This document shows, piece by piece, positions 1 through 8,102 of a stretch of DNA of 50,679 nt (position 1 is its first letter; each line of letters starts with the position of its first letter). The position numbers were made by a program, and so were the translations under genes. Below the pieces are notes generated by a model. The model made no database searches and had not been told where the DNA came from. It worked only from the letters and a program-made list of their open reading frames with translations. Source of the stretch: Patescibacteria group bacterium (GTDB taxonomy: Bacteria > Patescibacteriota > Minisyncoccia > UBA6257 > MFKM01); NCBI GenBank assembly GCA_038065115.1, contig JBBTRS010000004.1, positions 1-50,679 of the forward strand. Reading direction: 5' to 3'.

Positions 1-195
1 ATAAAACCGCCAACCGCTAAAGAATTAATTTTCTTCAACCCGCTCACGCCCAGCGCATAATTTTTACGCGCTGGGCTGCGCTTCCGTTTGGGTTTCAGAA
101 AACTTATTCTTTCGCTGTTTGCAAAATGCGCGTTTCGTAATTCAAGGCAACTATTATGACTGATGCAATGATGGTTAATTTTTTTACGGACGCAA

Positions 196-1377
196 TTATT
201 CCGTTTTTTCGGTTTCTTCCGCCGGGATATTCTCGGCATCAACCACTCCTCCTTTTTGGATTTCCTCGGGCCTGGATTGAGAACGAACATCAATTTTGAA
301 ACCGGTTAGTTTAGCGGCTAGACGCACGTTTTCGCCTCCTTTGCCTAAAGCCAAGCTCAATTGGTCTTCGGCTACAAAAACCCGAGCTTCGCGCCGAGGC
401 AAAATTTCAACCGAAATAACTTTAGCCGGCGAAAAAGCGTTAGCGATAAATTTATCCGGTTCTTCCGCCCATTCTATGATATCAATTTTTTCATTGCCTA
501 ATTCATTAGTGACAGCCATCACCCGGGTGCCCCTTTGGCCGACCATGCTTCCAACCGGATCAACTTTTTCTTCTCTGGAATAAACCGAAACTTTAGTCCG
601 ATGGCCGGGCTCGCGCGCCATCGCTTTTATCTCAACCACGCCTTCGGCGACTTCCGGGACTTCCAACTCAAAAAGCTTAACCACGAATTGGGGATGGCTT
701 CTTGAAAGAATGATGCCGGGCGATTTAACATCGTCTTGAACCGCCATAACATAAAATCGCAAGCGTTCGCCAATACGATAATGCTCGCCGGGGATGCATT
801 CGTTGGGGAACATCACTCCTAAAGTCCGGCCCAAATCAATATAAATATTGCCTCGGTCAAAACGCTGAATAACGCCACTGATAATTTCACCCTCTTTATT
901 TTGAAATTCAGACCGAACAGCTTCCCGTTCTGATTCTTTTAATTTCTGAAGGATCACCTGTTTGGCGGTTTGAGCGGCAATCCGGCCAAAATCTTGATGC
1001 TCTTCCAAAAGAAAATCCAATTCTTCGCCAACGGCAACATCGGGTTTTATTTTTTTGGCTTCTTCAAGAATAATATGACGATCGGAATTATATCTTGGCC
1101 TTTCTTCTTCCGCCGAAGACATTGTCGTCTCTCCTTCGGTTTGTTCAGTTTCGTCAAATTTAACCGTGGTTTCGTCAACAACGGTTTTTACCAGCCAAAA
1201 TTTTAACGCGCCGGTCTTTAAATCAAATTTTGATTTAACGATTTCCGACCGTTCCCTGTATTGTTTTTTGTAGGCAGCCGCGATGGCTTCTTCAATGCCG
1301 GCTAAGACCTCCTTTGGCTCGATTCCTCTCTCTTCGGCAATTTGATTAGCCGCCGAAGCTAATGTTTTAAGATCCAT
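196..1377 (-). CDS. nusA: Transcription termination/antitermination factor NusA
   Basis: 393-aa ORF. Has a NusA N-terminal segment (EVLAGIEEAIAAAYKK), an S1-like core and KH GxxG motifs (LGKGGENVRLAAKLTG). Confidence 0.9.
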   Translation of the reverse strand: MDLKTLASAANQIAEERGIEPKEVLAGIEEAIAAAYKKQYRERSEIVKSKFDLKTGALKFWLVKTVVDETTVKFDETEQTEGETTMSSAEEERPRYNSDRHIILEEAKKIKPDVAVGEELDFLLEEHQDFGRIAAQTAKQVILQKLKESEREAVRSEFQNKEGEIISGVIQRFDRGNIYIDLGRTLGVMFPNECIPGEHYRIGERLRFYVMAVQDDVKSPGIILSRSHPQFVVKLFELEVPEVAEGVVEIKAMAREPGHRTKVSVYSREEKVDPVGSMVGQRGTRVMAVTNELGNEKIDIIEWAEEPDKFIANAFSPAKVISVEILPRREARVFVAEDQLSLALGKGGENVRLAAKLTGFKIDVRSQSRPEEIQKGGVVDAENIPAEETEKTE

Positions 1378-1409
1378 TTTTATTTTTTTATTAAATTTTT
1401 ATAAAAATA

Positions 1410-1427
1410 GTCGCCCTTCGAGGCGAC
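1410..1427 (-). terminator. Intrinsic terminator hairpin (GTCGCC-N6-GGCGAC) followed by a T-run on the minus strand
   Basis: 6-bp GC stem read directly. On the minus strand it is followed by TATTTTTAT. It lies downstream of the 1498..2061 gene. Confidence 0.5.
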
Positions 1428-1497
1428 CTTTGTAATGTTTTAATGATAGCACTCATTAAATTTTTTTCAATCCTTCGATAAGCTCTGGATAAAACCA

Positions 1498-2061
1498 TCA
1501 AAATCTCAACCACTTAAAAATGCTTTCAAGCAAGGAATCTTCGTATTCTTCTTCAATTAACTTTTGGCTGATAATGCCGCGAATAGCCGAAGAAACTCCA
1601 ACATCAACGAAAATTTTGAGATAAGGATTAAAATGGGTTTTTCTTTTGATGATTAATTCTTCAAGATTTTTGTCTTCGTTATCTGGCCGGAAACAGAATT
1701 TTTCTAAATCGCTGAATAAAAAAATTTTATCGATAATGGTGATTCCTTTTTCGTCAATTTTGAATTTAATTATTTCCGGCTGGCGATGGCCTAAAATTAA
1801 AACCGATATTTCCGCCAAGAAAATAAAAACGGCGAAAAGAAAATTTTTCTGCCAGACGGCAAAAGCAATGATCAGTATCGCGATGATAAAACTAAGCCAA
1901 TACCAGGAAACGTCTTTTTCGTAATAACGGAAAGCCGGCGCTTGCCATTCCACCGTCGCGGATCCACGCGAATTGGTCGCGGAATTACGCAGACCAGATG
2001 CGGATTCGCGCAGGTTAACAGCTAATCGGGTATTTTTAACTTCTTTTTTAATATCGTCCAT
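1498..2061 (-). CDS. Hypothetical membrane protein (two predicted TM helices)
   Basis: The ORF-track entry 1498..2175 was trimmed to the internal ATG (MDDIKKEV...) because its first 38 codons overlap a tRNA gene. Hydrophobic stretch: WYWLSFIIAILIIAFAVW...FLFAVFIFLAEISVLIL. Confidence 0.55.
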   Translation of the reverse strand: MDDIKKEVKNTRLAVNLRESASGLRNSATNSRGSATVEWQAPAFRYYEKDVSWYWLSFIIAILIIAFAVWQKNFLFAVFIFLAEISVLILGHRQPEIIKFKIDEKGITIIDKIFLFSDLEKFCFRPDNEDKNLEELIIKRKTHFNPYLKIFVDVGVSSAIRGIISQKLIEEEYEDSLLESIFKWLRF

Positions 2062-2096
2062 ATAGAAATCGCCGCTGGTTAAGCCTGCTCTGTTTG

Positions 2097-2168
2097 TAGC
2101 CCCAACCGGAGTCGAACCGGTGTTTTTGGGATGAAAACCCAACGTCCTAACCACTAGACTATGGGGCC
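2097..2168 (-). tRNA. tRNA-Glu (anticodon UUC)
   Basis: Hand-folded 72-nt cloverleaf. Acceptor GGCCCCA/TGGGGCT, D-arm GTCT-AGTGGTTA-GGAC, anticodon stem TTGGG/CCCAA with loop TTTTCAT, T-arm ACCGG-TTCGACT-CCGGT, discriminator A. CCA is not encoded. Confidence 0.8.
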
Positions 2169-2204
2169 GCGTCAATCAATAAATACCAAAATTCAGCAAT
2201 TAAA

Positions 2205-3791
2205 TCAAGAAACTCTTAGCAACTTGACCAGGAATTTTGAACCCTTTCCTTCGCCTTCGGATTCGGCCCAAATTTTTCCGTGATGAGCTTCAACAATTTC
2301 CTTGCTGATATAAAGGCCCAGGCCGCTGCCAAGCGCTTTGCTTTCTCCGGCGCCCCGAGAAAATTTTTGAAATAATTTTTGGGCTAAATCCCGATTCATT
2401 CCTTTTCCGGAATCGCTTACGGTGATTACCGCTTCTTCTTTGTCTTTAACGCTTGGCGTTTCTTGCTTATCGGCAGGCAGTGATAATAAATCGACGCTCA
2501 CCTTAATCCACCCTTTTTCCGTATATTTTATGGCATTATCAATTAAATTCTGAAAAACCTGGCTTAGTTTATAAATATCACCGCTAACATAAACCTCGGA
2601 AGACGAGGGTTCAAAAACCAAATCAAAATTTCTCTGGCGAGCGATTATCCGGAATCCTTCCACGATGTCTTTCAGGAATTTATTTAATTCAATTTTTTGA
2701 AATTCATAATGCATTTTCCCTTCCTCAAAATGGTGAAGATCCAGAAGATTATTCAATAACATTACTAATTTATCGGCAGCGGCTTTGATTTTTTTAAAAA
2801 CATCTGAAACCGCTTCGGCGTCGCAAATGGTCTTGTCCTCAACCAGGGAAGCGTACCCCTTGATGACAATCAGCGGATTTTTAATCTGATGAGCCACGAC
2901 TGATAAAAGTTCGGTCTTAAACTCGCTTAATTTCTGAATTTCTTCTCGCTGGCGGACTTCTTTCAAAACACTGCGGATTAAGAGGACTCCGGAAACAATC
3001 AACAAAGCCAAGAAAACGACATTGATAATTCTTTCCTGATAACCCTCTGACAACAACAGCCGAATAAGAGTAAAAATCCAAATAGCGAAAACCAGCAATT
3101 CGGTGGCGATGACACGGACATTGAAAAGACGATGTCTCAAAATCGCATAGGCAGAGAGAAAAACGAAAAATAAAATTCCATAGATTCCCATCCTATTAAT
3201 TCCAGCAGGAATAACAGAAATCTGGGTCAATATTAAATTGAAAAATATGGCTGATGTCGCTGATAGAGTTAAACCCAATAAAATGTAAATGGTCTGCATT
3301 TTTTCTATACCGACCATTTTTCTTAGCCTGAAAGATAAATTTAGCGAACCGATTCCAATATATCCAAAAACAACAAGAGCATACAACCAATATAAAATTC
3401 CTCTTTCAAAATTTATTGAGCCAAGATTGAAATTTATATTCCTTACAACCAGGGAAGAAAACGATAAAACAAATAACAATAAAGCAGGCAGGCCGAGAAT
3501 TAATTTCCTGGCTAAAGAAAATTTTATTTTCTTGGGAAAATTAATACAGAAAAGGCAGAAATAATAAGCTAAAATAATAGCTGTGGCGAAATCTATTTTT
3601 AACAGCAGATGACTGTATTTTCTAAGGGCTAATTCATTTTCAAGAAAGTTGCTAGAAATCCAGACCATCGTCCAGAAAACTACTTTGAAAAAATTCCTAT
3701 TAACCGTTTCTTTTGGATTTTTAGAATAGACTAGCAAACCCAGCATCAGGTTTGAAAGCAAAATAGAAGTAATCAGGAAATAACCAAACAT
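2205..3791 (-). CDS. Sensor histidine kinase with a multi-TM N-terminal sensor domain
   Basis: About 7 hydrophobic helices, then an H-box (LLSVVAHQIKNPL) and HATPase_c motifs (NLIDNAIKYT, DSGKGM, GSGLGLYISK). Confidence 0.85.
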   Translation of the reverse strand: MFGYFLITSILLSNLMLGLLVYSKNPKETVNRNFFKVVFWTMVWISSNFLENELALRKYSHLLLKIDFATAIILAYYFCLFCINFPKKIKFSLARKLILGLPALLLFVLSFSSLVVRNINFNLGSINFERGILYWLYALVVFGYIGIGSLNLSFRLRKMVGIEKMQTIYILLGLTLSATSAIFFNLILTQISVIPAGINRMGIYGILFFVFLSAYAILRHRLFNVRVIATELLVFAIWIFTLIRLLLSEGYQERIINVVFLALLIVSGVLLIRSVLKEVRQREEIQKLSEFKTELLSVVAHQIKNPLIVIKGYASLVEDKTICDAEAVSDVFKKIKAAADKLVMLLNNLLDLHHFEEGKMHYEFQKIELNKFLKDIVEGFRIIARQRNFDLVFEPSSSEVYVSGDIYKLSQVFQNLIDNAIKYTEKGWIKVSVDLLSLPADKQETPSVKDKEEAVITVSDSGKGMNRDLAQKLFQKFSRGAGESKALGSGLGLYISKEIVEAHHGKIWAESEGEGKGSKFLVKLLRVS

Positions 3792-3828
3792 TTTAATTTA
3801 TAGTACAATATTATTGAATAATAATAAA

Positions 3829-4881
3829 ATGCCTGCTATCAACTTGCTCCCCGTATTAATTTTTATCATTAAAAAGGTATTTGGTAAAAATACAGCCAGT
3901 CGTTTACTTAAATTGCTAAGTAAAAATGAGAGTTTTTACCACGTTAATTCCATATATGATTTTGACGAGAAAAAATCTGTTAAACACTTAGTGCTGCTAC
4001 TTCCCGGAAAGGGTTGCGCTTGGGCTCAAAAAACCGGCGGTTGCACAATGTGCGGTTTTTCTCAAAAAATTAGACAAATCGGTAAAAATTTTACTGCCCA
4101 AGATCTTATTGCATTATACAAAATAACCGAAATTATGACCGAGGAGGATAAGCCATACACGTTAAGTATCTATAATGCTGGAAGTTTTATTAACAACGAA
4201 GAAATTCCCCTAGAGGTTCAAAAAATAATATGCCAGAGAATTAAACAGCATCCGACTATTAAGAAATTAGTGATTGAATCTCGGGCTGAATTTGTGACAG
4301 ATGATAAAATTAAGTTTTTGAAAAAAGGGCTAGGAGAAAAATTATTAATCATATCCATAGGACTAGAAACCCAGAATGACAAAATAAGAAATATTTATAT
4401 TAAAAAAGGGCTTTCTAAAGAAACCTACGAAAATGCGCTTAAAATAATCAAACAAAATGGGGCTAGGTCTTTAACATATATTTTTATAAAACCAATTTAT
4501 TTAAACGAACGAGAGGCTATAGATGAAGCGATTAATACGGCAAAATATGCTTTCGGGGCGGGAAGCAATGAAGTGGCATTTGAATCGGCTTTTATCCAAG
4601 AGGGGACAGTGATGGAGCAATTTTATCGGCGGGGAGAATTCAGACCTCCTTGGTTGTGGAGTATCATTGAGGTTATTAAAGGGACATGTAATTTAGGCGA
4701 TGTTCGTTTAGGCGGCTTTGAAGACGAACCCCCTCCAATTGCTATCCCCTCAAACTGTTCTAAGTGTTCAGAGAAAATTGAAGAAATGATGCAAAAGTAC
4801 CGAGAAATTAACGATATTAAGCTATTTGATAATCTTGATTGTGAATGCAAAAAAGAATGGCAGAAATCCGTTAAACTTTAA
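3829..4881 (+). CDS. Radical-SAM-like Fe-S enzyme with a non-canonical Cx8Cx2C motif (TIGR01210 / archaeosine-synthase-beta RaSEA-like family)
   Basis: Motif GKGCAWAQKTGGCTMCGF, a TIM-barrel-like GLETQND segment, PPWLWS, and C-terminal CSKCS...CEC cysteines. Start moved to the first ATG; the track start at 3814 is TTG. Family assignment is from memory of motifs, not a search. Confidence 0.6.
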   Translation: MPAINLLPVLIFIIKKVFGKNTASRLLKLLSKNESFYHVNSIYDFDEKKSVKHLVLLLPGKGCAWAQKTGGCTMCGFSQKIRQIGKNFTAQDLIALYKITEIMTEEDKPYTLSIYNAGSFINNEEIPLEVQKIICQRIKQHPTIKKLVIESRAEFVTDDKIKFLKKGLGEKLLIISIGLETQNDKIRNIYIKKGLSKETYENALKIIKQNGARSLTYIFIKPIYLNEREAIDEAINTAKYAFGAGSNEVAFESAFIQEGTVMEQFYRRGEFRPPWLWSIIEVIKGTCNLGDVRLGGFEDEPPPIAIPSNCSKCSEKIEEMMQKYREINDIKLFDNLDCECKKEWQKSVKL

Positions 4882-4893
4882 AAAGTTTGGCTG
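4870..4893. repeat. 24-bp exact direct repeat, copy 1 (gttaaactttaaaaagtttggctg)
   Basis: Identical to 7199..7222 in the same orientation. The core is an A/T palindrome (aaacttt aa aaagttt). It covers the stop codon of the 3829..4881 gene. Confidence 0.9.
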
Positions 4894-4898
4894 TTGAT

Positions 4899-5354
4899 TT
4901 ATAAATCTTTTTCCATTATTATCTCGTAATGGTTTTTATGTCTATATCTTTTTTTTATTTTAAAACCAAATTTTTCATAATACAGAATTAGCCCTTTTCC
5001 TTCATGCACTTCAATTTTTACTTTATTAAGCCCTAATTTTTTAGCAACATCAAATACTTTTTGAGTTAATAAACTCCCTATGCTTTGTTTTCTATATTCG
5101 GGCATAACTGCTAATTTATACAATCTAACCACATCGTTTTTAATTTCGTAACGCACCGCTCCCGCAATTTTTTCTTTTATTTTTGCCGTAAAAATTTTTG
5201 CCCCGTTTTGTAATTCCTTTATTATTTTTTCATTTGTATCGTTTGCTCTAGTAATCAAAAATCCTTGTTTATGCGCAACGGCATAAGCATTATTTGTTAA
5301 TTCAACTATTTTTTCTATATCTTTATCGTTAATATTTTGTATTATAATATTCAT
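4899..5354 (-). CDS. GNAT-family N-acetyltransferase
   Basis: 151 aa. Acetyl-CoA binding motif region: LAVMPEYRKQSIGSLLTQKVFDVAKKLG. Confidence 0.8.
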   Translation of the reverse strand: MNIIIQNINDKDIEKIVELTNNAYAVAHKQGFLITRANDTNEKIIKELQNGAKIFTAKIKEKIAGAVRYEIKNDVVRLYKLAVMPEYRKQSIGSLLTQKVFDVAKKLGLNKVKIEVHEGKGLILYYEKFGFKIKKRYRHKNHYEIIMEKDL

Positions 5355-5380
5355 TACATTAGAGTATAGAACAAATTAAA

Positions 5381-5406
5381 AGGAGACACCATTTATGGTG
5401 TCTCCT
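5381..5406 (-). terminator. Intrinsic terminator (11-bp stem AGGAGACACCA / TGGTGTCTCCT, 4-nt loop)
   Basis: Perfect hairpin followed on the minus strand by TTTAATTTG. It lies 19 nt downstream of the 37-aa mini-ORF stop. Confidence 0.75.
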
Positions 5407-5424
5407 CAGTAGCTTGTGATCAAC

Positions 5425-5538
5425 TTAATCCTGCTGATCACAACACATACATGTGCTGTATTTTACTGCTTTGCTTCTTTTGCTTTTCACGGTTTTAGGC
5501 AAACCTTGCGCAGAACGCAGTAGCTTAACATGCTTCAT
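5425..5538 (-). CDS. Unannotated 37-aa Cys-rich peptide MKHVKLLRSAQGLPKTVKSKRSKAVKYSTCMCCDQQD (candidate RiPP precursor)
   Basis: Hand-translated. SD GGAGGTGA lies 7 nt upstream of the ATG. The ORF sits 37 nt downstream of the rSAM-SPASM gene on the same strand and is followed by a strong terminator. Basic leader-like N-terminus; C-terminal CMCCDQQD. Confidence 0.65.
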   Translation of the reverse strand: MKHVKLLRSAQGLPKTVKSKRSKAVKYSTCMCCDQQD

Positions 5539-5575
5539 GATTTCATCACCTCCTTTTTATTCTAAATTTACAAAA

Positions 5576-7006
5576 TTATTTTTCTTCAGTAAATTCAGAT
5601 GGGAATGTTGGCGTGAATACAGAAAAAAAATTCTGGCCTCTATCTTTTTGCGACACGATTTTCAAATATGCCTTCATAGCAATTTCTATTTCTCGTCGTG
5701 TTGTTTTACACCAATCCTCGTCGTTTTTCACAATATCGCCATGTTTTTTCCAATGCATGTAGTAACAGCCGCCTCCACAGATATATTTAGCCCAACAATC
5801 TGCACATCCCGGCCTTCTCAATACTCCATTTTGAAAAAAAACTTTGCGAATATCACGAAAATCGTTCTTTTGAATATTGCCTAAAACAAAATCCTGCTCT
5901 CCAGTGAAACGAGGACAGGGGTAAATTGTTCCATTGGGAGAAAAAGAAAGAACTGATGTTCCAGCTCCGCAATGAAATTGTCTTGTTATGCGAAAATAAA
6001 GAATATTAATAAACTTTGAAACATTTATAATCCCAATATATTCTTTGTTATTCGCAGCAGAAACCATCCACCTCGCGGCCTCCTCGATTCCCTTTGAAAA
6101 TTTATCACATTCATCATTATTAAGACCACGACTTAATCCATAAGCACTTTGAGATCTGGCATGAATTCTTTTTATGCCTAAATTCAAAACAATGTGTCGA
6201 TAAATTAACGACACAAAATTGCTTGCATATGGTGTTATCGTAGGTCGTGCCTGCACGCTAATATTAGGAAATTTTGATAATTTTCTAATATTATTCTTCA
6301 CCGCATAATAACTTCCCTTGCCCGAAATAAATCTTCTTTCTTTATTATGAACAAACTCTGGGCCATCAATACTTACAACCAATTTAACATTAAATTGATT
6401 AAGAAACTGAAGATATTCTTTGGTAAGCAGGGTGGCATTTGTAGTGACAAAATAAACAATTCGTCTATTTTTCGCCTTCTTTTCAGAATACAAAATACTT
6501 TTCTTTAAAACATCCCAATTCATAAACGGTTCCCCGCCAAAAAAACCAATAAGGCATTCTTTTTTATTCCCACAATGAGAATAAAAATAATCAATTGCTT
6601 TTTTGGCAACCAACCAAGACATATTGCTTGCGGGTCCATTATATGATCCTCCTCCGCCAAAACAATAGCCACATTTCATGTTGCATTTATGACTGATATT
6701 CAAAGAAATTCCACCTAAAATATTTTCACCAATTTCGTTCTCGGATTCATCAAAAGGTTCACTCGCAGGATTACGATTTAAAAGCCCAACCTTGATCAAT
6801 TCATTAATAACATCGCGAATTTCTTTTTCTTTGTATCCCAAAAAAAGTAGACGAGAAATTATGTCTTCTTTTTTTTCCGATTTTTGTCTTGATAAAATTT
6901 GGCTGCCTAATTCATCGACAACGAATACTGTACTGTTGAAAATATCAAGACCTATGCAATTCCCTTCTTCGTAAATGAGATGAACTTTGTTCTTATGCAA
7001 TATCAT
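5576..7006 (-). CDS. Radical SAM / SPASM-domain peptide maturase with an N-terminal RRE (PqqD-like) region
   Basis: CNMKCGYC (CxxxCxxC). SPASM cysteines: CGAGTSVLSFSPNGTIYPCPRF and RPGCADCWAKYICGGGCYYMH. The first ~90 aa resemble a PqqD-like recognition element. Start set at the second ATG (MILHKNK), which is preceded by GGAGGTG. Confidence 0.85.
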   Translation of the reverse strand: MILHKNKVHLIYEEGNCIGLDIFNSTVFVVDELGSQILSRQKSEKKEDIISRLLFLGYKEKEIRDVINELIKVGLLNRNPASEPFDESENEIGENILGGISLNISHKCNMKCGYCFGGGGSYNGPASNMSWLVAKKAIDYFYSHCGNKKECLIGFFGGEPFMNWDVLKKSILYSEKKAKNRRIVYFVTTNATLLTKEYLQFLNQFNVKLVVSIDGPEFVHNKERRFISGKGSYYAVKNNIRKLSKFPNISVQARPTITPYASNFVSLIYRHIVLNLGIKRIHARSQSAYGLSRGLNNDECDKFSKGIEEAARWMVSAANNKEYIGIINVSKFINILYFRITRQFHCGAGTSVLSFSPNGTIYPCPRFTGEQDFVLGNIQKNDFRDIRKVFFQNGVLRRPGCADCWAKYICGGGCYYMHWKKHGDIVKNDEDWCKTTRREIEIAMKAYLKIVSQKDRGQNFFSVFTPTFPSEFTEEK

Positions 7007-7198
7007 ATCCACACCTCCCATTTTAAGTTTTCAAATTTAACCTAGATTAATCTAAGTTAGCTGGCCTCAGTAAATCATATTAACAATTTATGTCAAGTAC
7101 GTGTGGTAATGTGCAAGGACATTTGGCGAGTTTTGCCCTATTAAAACAAGATATTTGACAGCCTCTCTTCCGACTGCAAAAAAGGATGGCGAAAGCTA

Positions 7199-7222
7199 GT
7201 TAAACTTTAAAAAGTTTGGCTG
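7199..7222. repeat. 24-bp exact direct repeat, copy 2
   Basis: Identical to 4870..4893. Covers the last 7 codons and stop of the GNAT gene 7200..7865. Confidence 0.9.
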
Positions 7223-7865
7223 CCAGCCAACGGTAATATTTATTATAAAAAGGATTTTCCCAAAGCAATAAAACTCCGTAATCCAAACTTTCCGGGTCCT
7301 TAAAATAATTAGGGATAGCTTTAATTATTTTTAAACCTGATTTTTTATAAAAATCAATTTCTGGATCTAATGACCTGTGACCTTTTTCGGTATCAGTGAC
7401 GGCATTTATATATTCCTCTACAGTCATCTTGTTTGCATATTTATAATACAGAGGTAATCTACCGCCGAGCATTCCATATTTAACATTGTAGCGAATAGCC
7501 AGTTTGCCAATACCTTCCAAGAGTTGCGTGCCAACTCCCAAATGCTGATAGGAAGGCATTACGCTTAAATCCACGCCATAAACTACACGACCATCTGCTT
7601 TATGGGAATTTTTGATAAATCCGTTATCAGTTATTTCATACCAGGTAAAAGCACTATTATTAAAATCATAATCAACTCTTTCCGTAAAAACTACCCCAAT
7701 AATTTCTTTATTGCTTTCTGCCACCAATGCTCCCCCCGGAAATGTTTTTATCCTTGATTCAATCATTTCTTTTGAGGCAGATTTTTCTTTACCCCACGCT
7801 ATTTCTTCTATCAACAAAATTTTAGGAATATCCTCGTTTTTCGCTTGTCTTATCTTAATTTTCAT
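7200..7865 (-). CDS. GNAT-family N-acetyltransferase (221 aa, with C-terminal extension)
   Basis: GNAT core: VDLSVMPSYQHLGVGTQLLEGIGKLA. Confidence 0.75.
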   Translation of the reverse strand: MKIKIRQAKNEDIPKILLIEEIAWGKEKSASKEMIESRIKTFPGGALVAESNKEIIGVVFTERVDYDFNNSAFTWYEITDNGFIKNSHKADGRVVYGVDLSVMPSYQHLGVGTQLLEGIGKLAIRYNVKYGMLGGRLPLYYKYANKMTVEEYINAVTDTEKGHRSLDPEIDFYKKSGLKIIKAIPNYFKDPESLDYGVLLLWENPFYNKYYRWLAAKLFKV

Positions 7866-8001
7866 TTTTCAAACAAAAAAACGCCGGAAATGGCGCTTTT
7901 GAGATAAAACCGTCCTTCGGCCGTTGTGATGAACGAATTTTGGAAATTGTTTGATTATCTCCCTCCAACCGATAGCTTTCATATTGGCTATGATACAAGA
8001 T
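7849..8001. repeat. 153-bp perfect direct repeat, copy 1 (GNAT start codon plus upstream leader)
   Basis: Base-for-base identical to 10408..10560 (offset 2559). Weaker similarity continues to about 8026 / 10586. Confidence 0.9.
7876..7900 (-). terminator. Terminator/attenuator hairpin in the GNAT 5' leader
   Basis: Minus strand reads AAAAGCGCC-ATTTCC-GGCGTTTTTTT. The G.U closing pair exists only in the minus-strand RNA. A 7-T run follows, ending about 10 nt before the GNAT ATG. Confidence 0.45.
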
Positions 8002-8102
8002 CTTGGTAGAAAATCAACTTAAAAGCATCTTTTTGGCCTATGATTATAAATTATATGAGTTTTGTTTTGTAAGCAATGAAGATATAATAATATGAAATTG
8101 AT

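Noticed and set aside
1-195. An open minus-strand frame runs off the window start (…RISFLKPKRKRSPARKNYALGVSGLKKINSLAVGGF…). There is also a hairpin, CCCAGCGC-N11-GCGCTGGG, at 49..75 downstream of nusA.
   Set aside because: The frame has no ATG/GTG/TTG start after the upstream stop, no recognisable family (not YlxR- or IF-2-like by eye), and is truncated by the window edge. The hairpin lacks a following U-tract on either strand, so I cannot call it a terminator.
2062-2175. N-terminal 38-codon extension of the ORF-track entry 1498..2175.
   Set aside because: It is the antisense-free translation of the tRNA-Glu gene on the same strand (MTRPHSLVVRTLGFHPKNTGSTPVG…). An internal ATG at 2061 gives a sensible start.
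5453-5884. 143-aa plus-strand ORF overlapping the 37-aa peptide gene and the 3' end of the rSAM-SPASM gene.
   Set aside because: It is antisense to a well-supported gene, starts at GTG, and has a Phe/Leu/Ser-rich low-complexity composition typical of the reverse frame of AT-rich genes.
7090-7158. 22-codon plus-strand ORF MSSTCGNVQGHLASFALLKQDI in the spacer upstream of the maturase.
   Set aside because: It has no SD site, is on the opposite strand to the operon, and lies in what is more likely the maturase promoter region. Its length is easily reached by chance.
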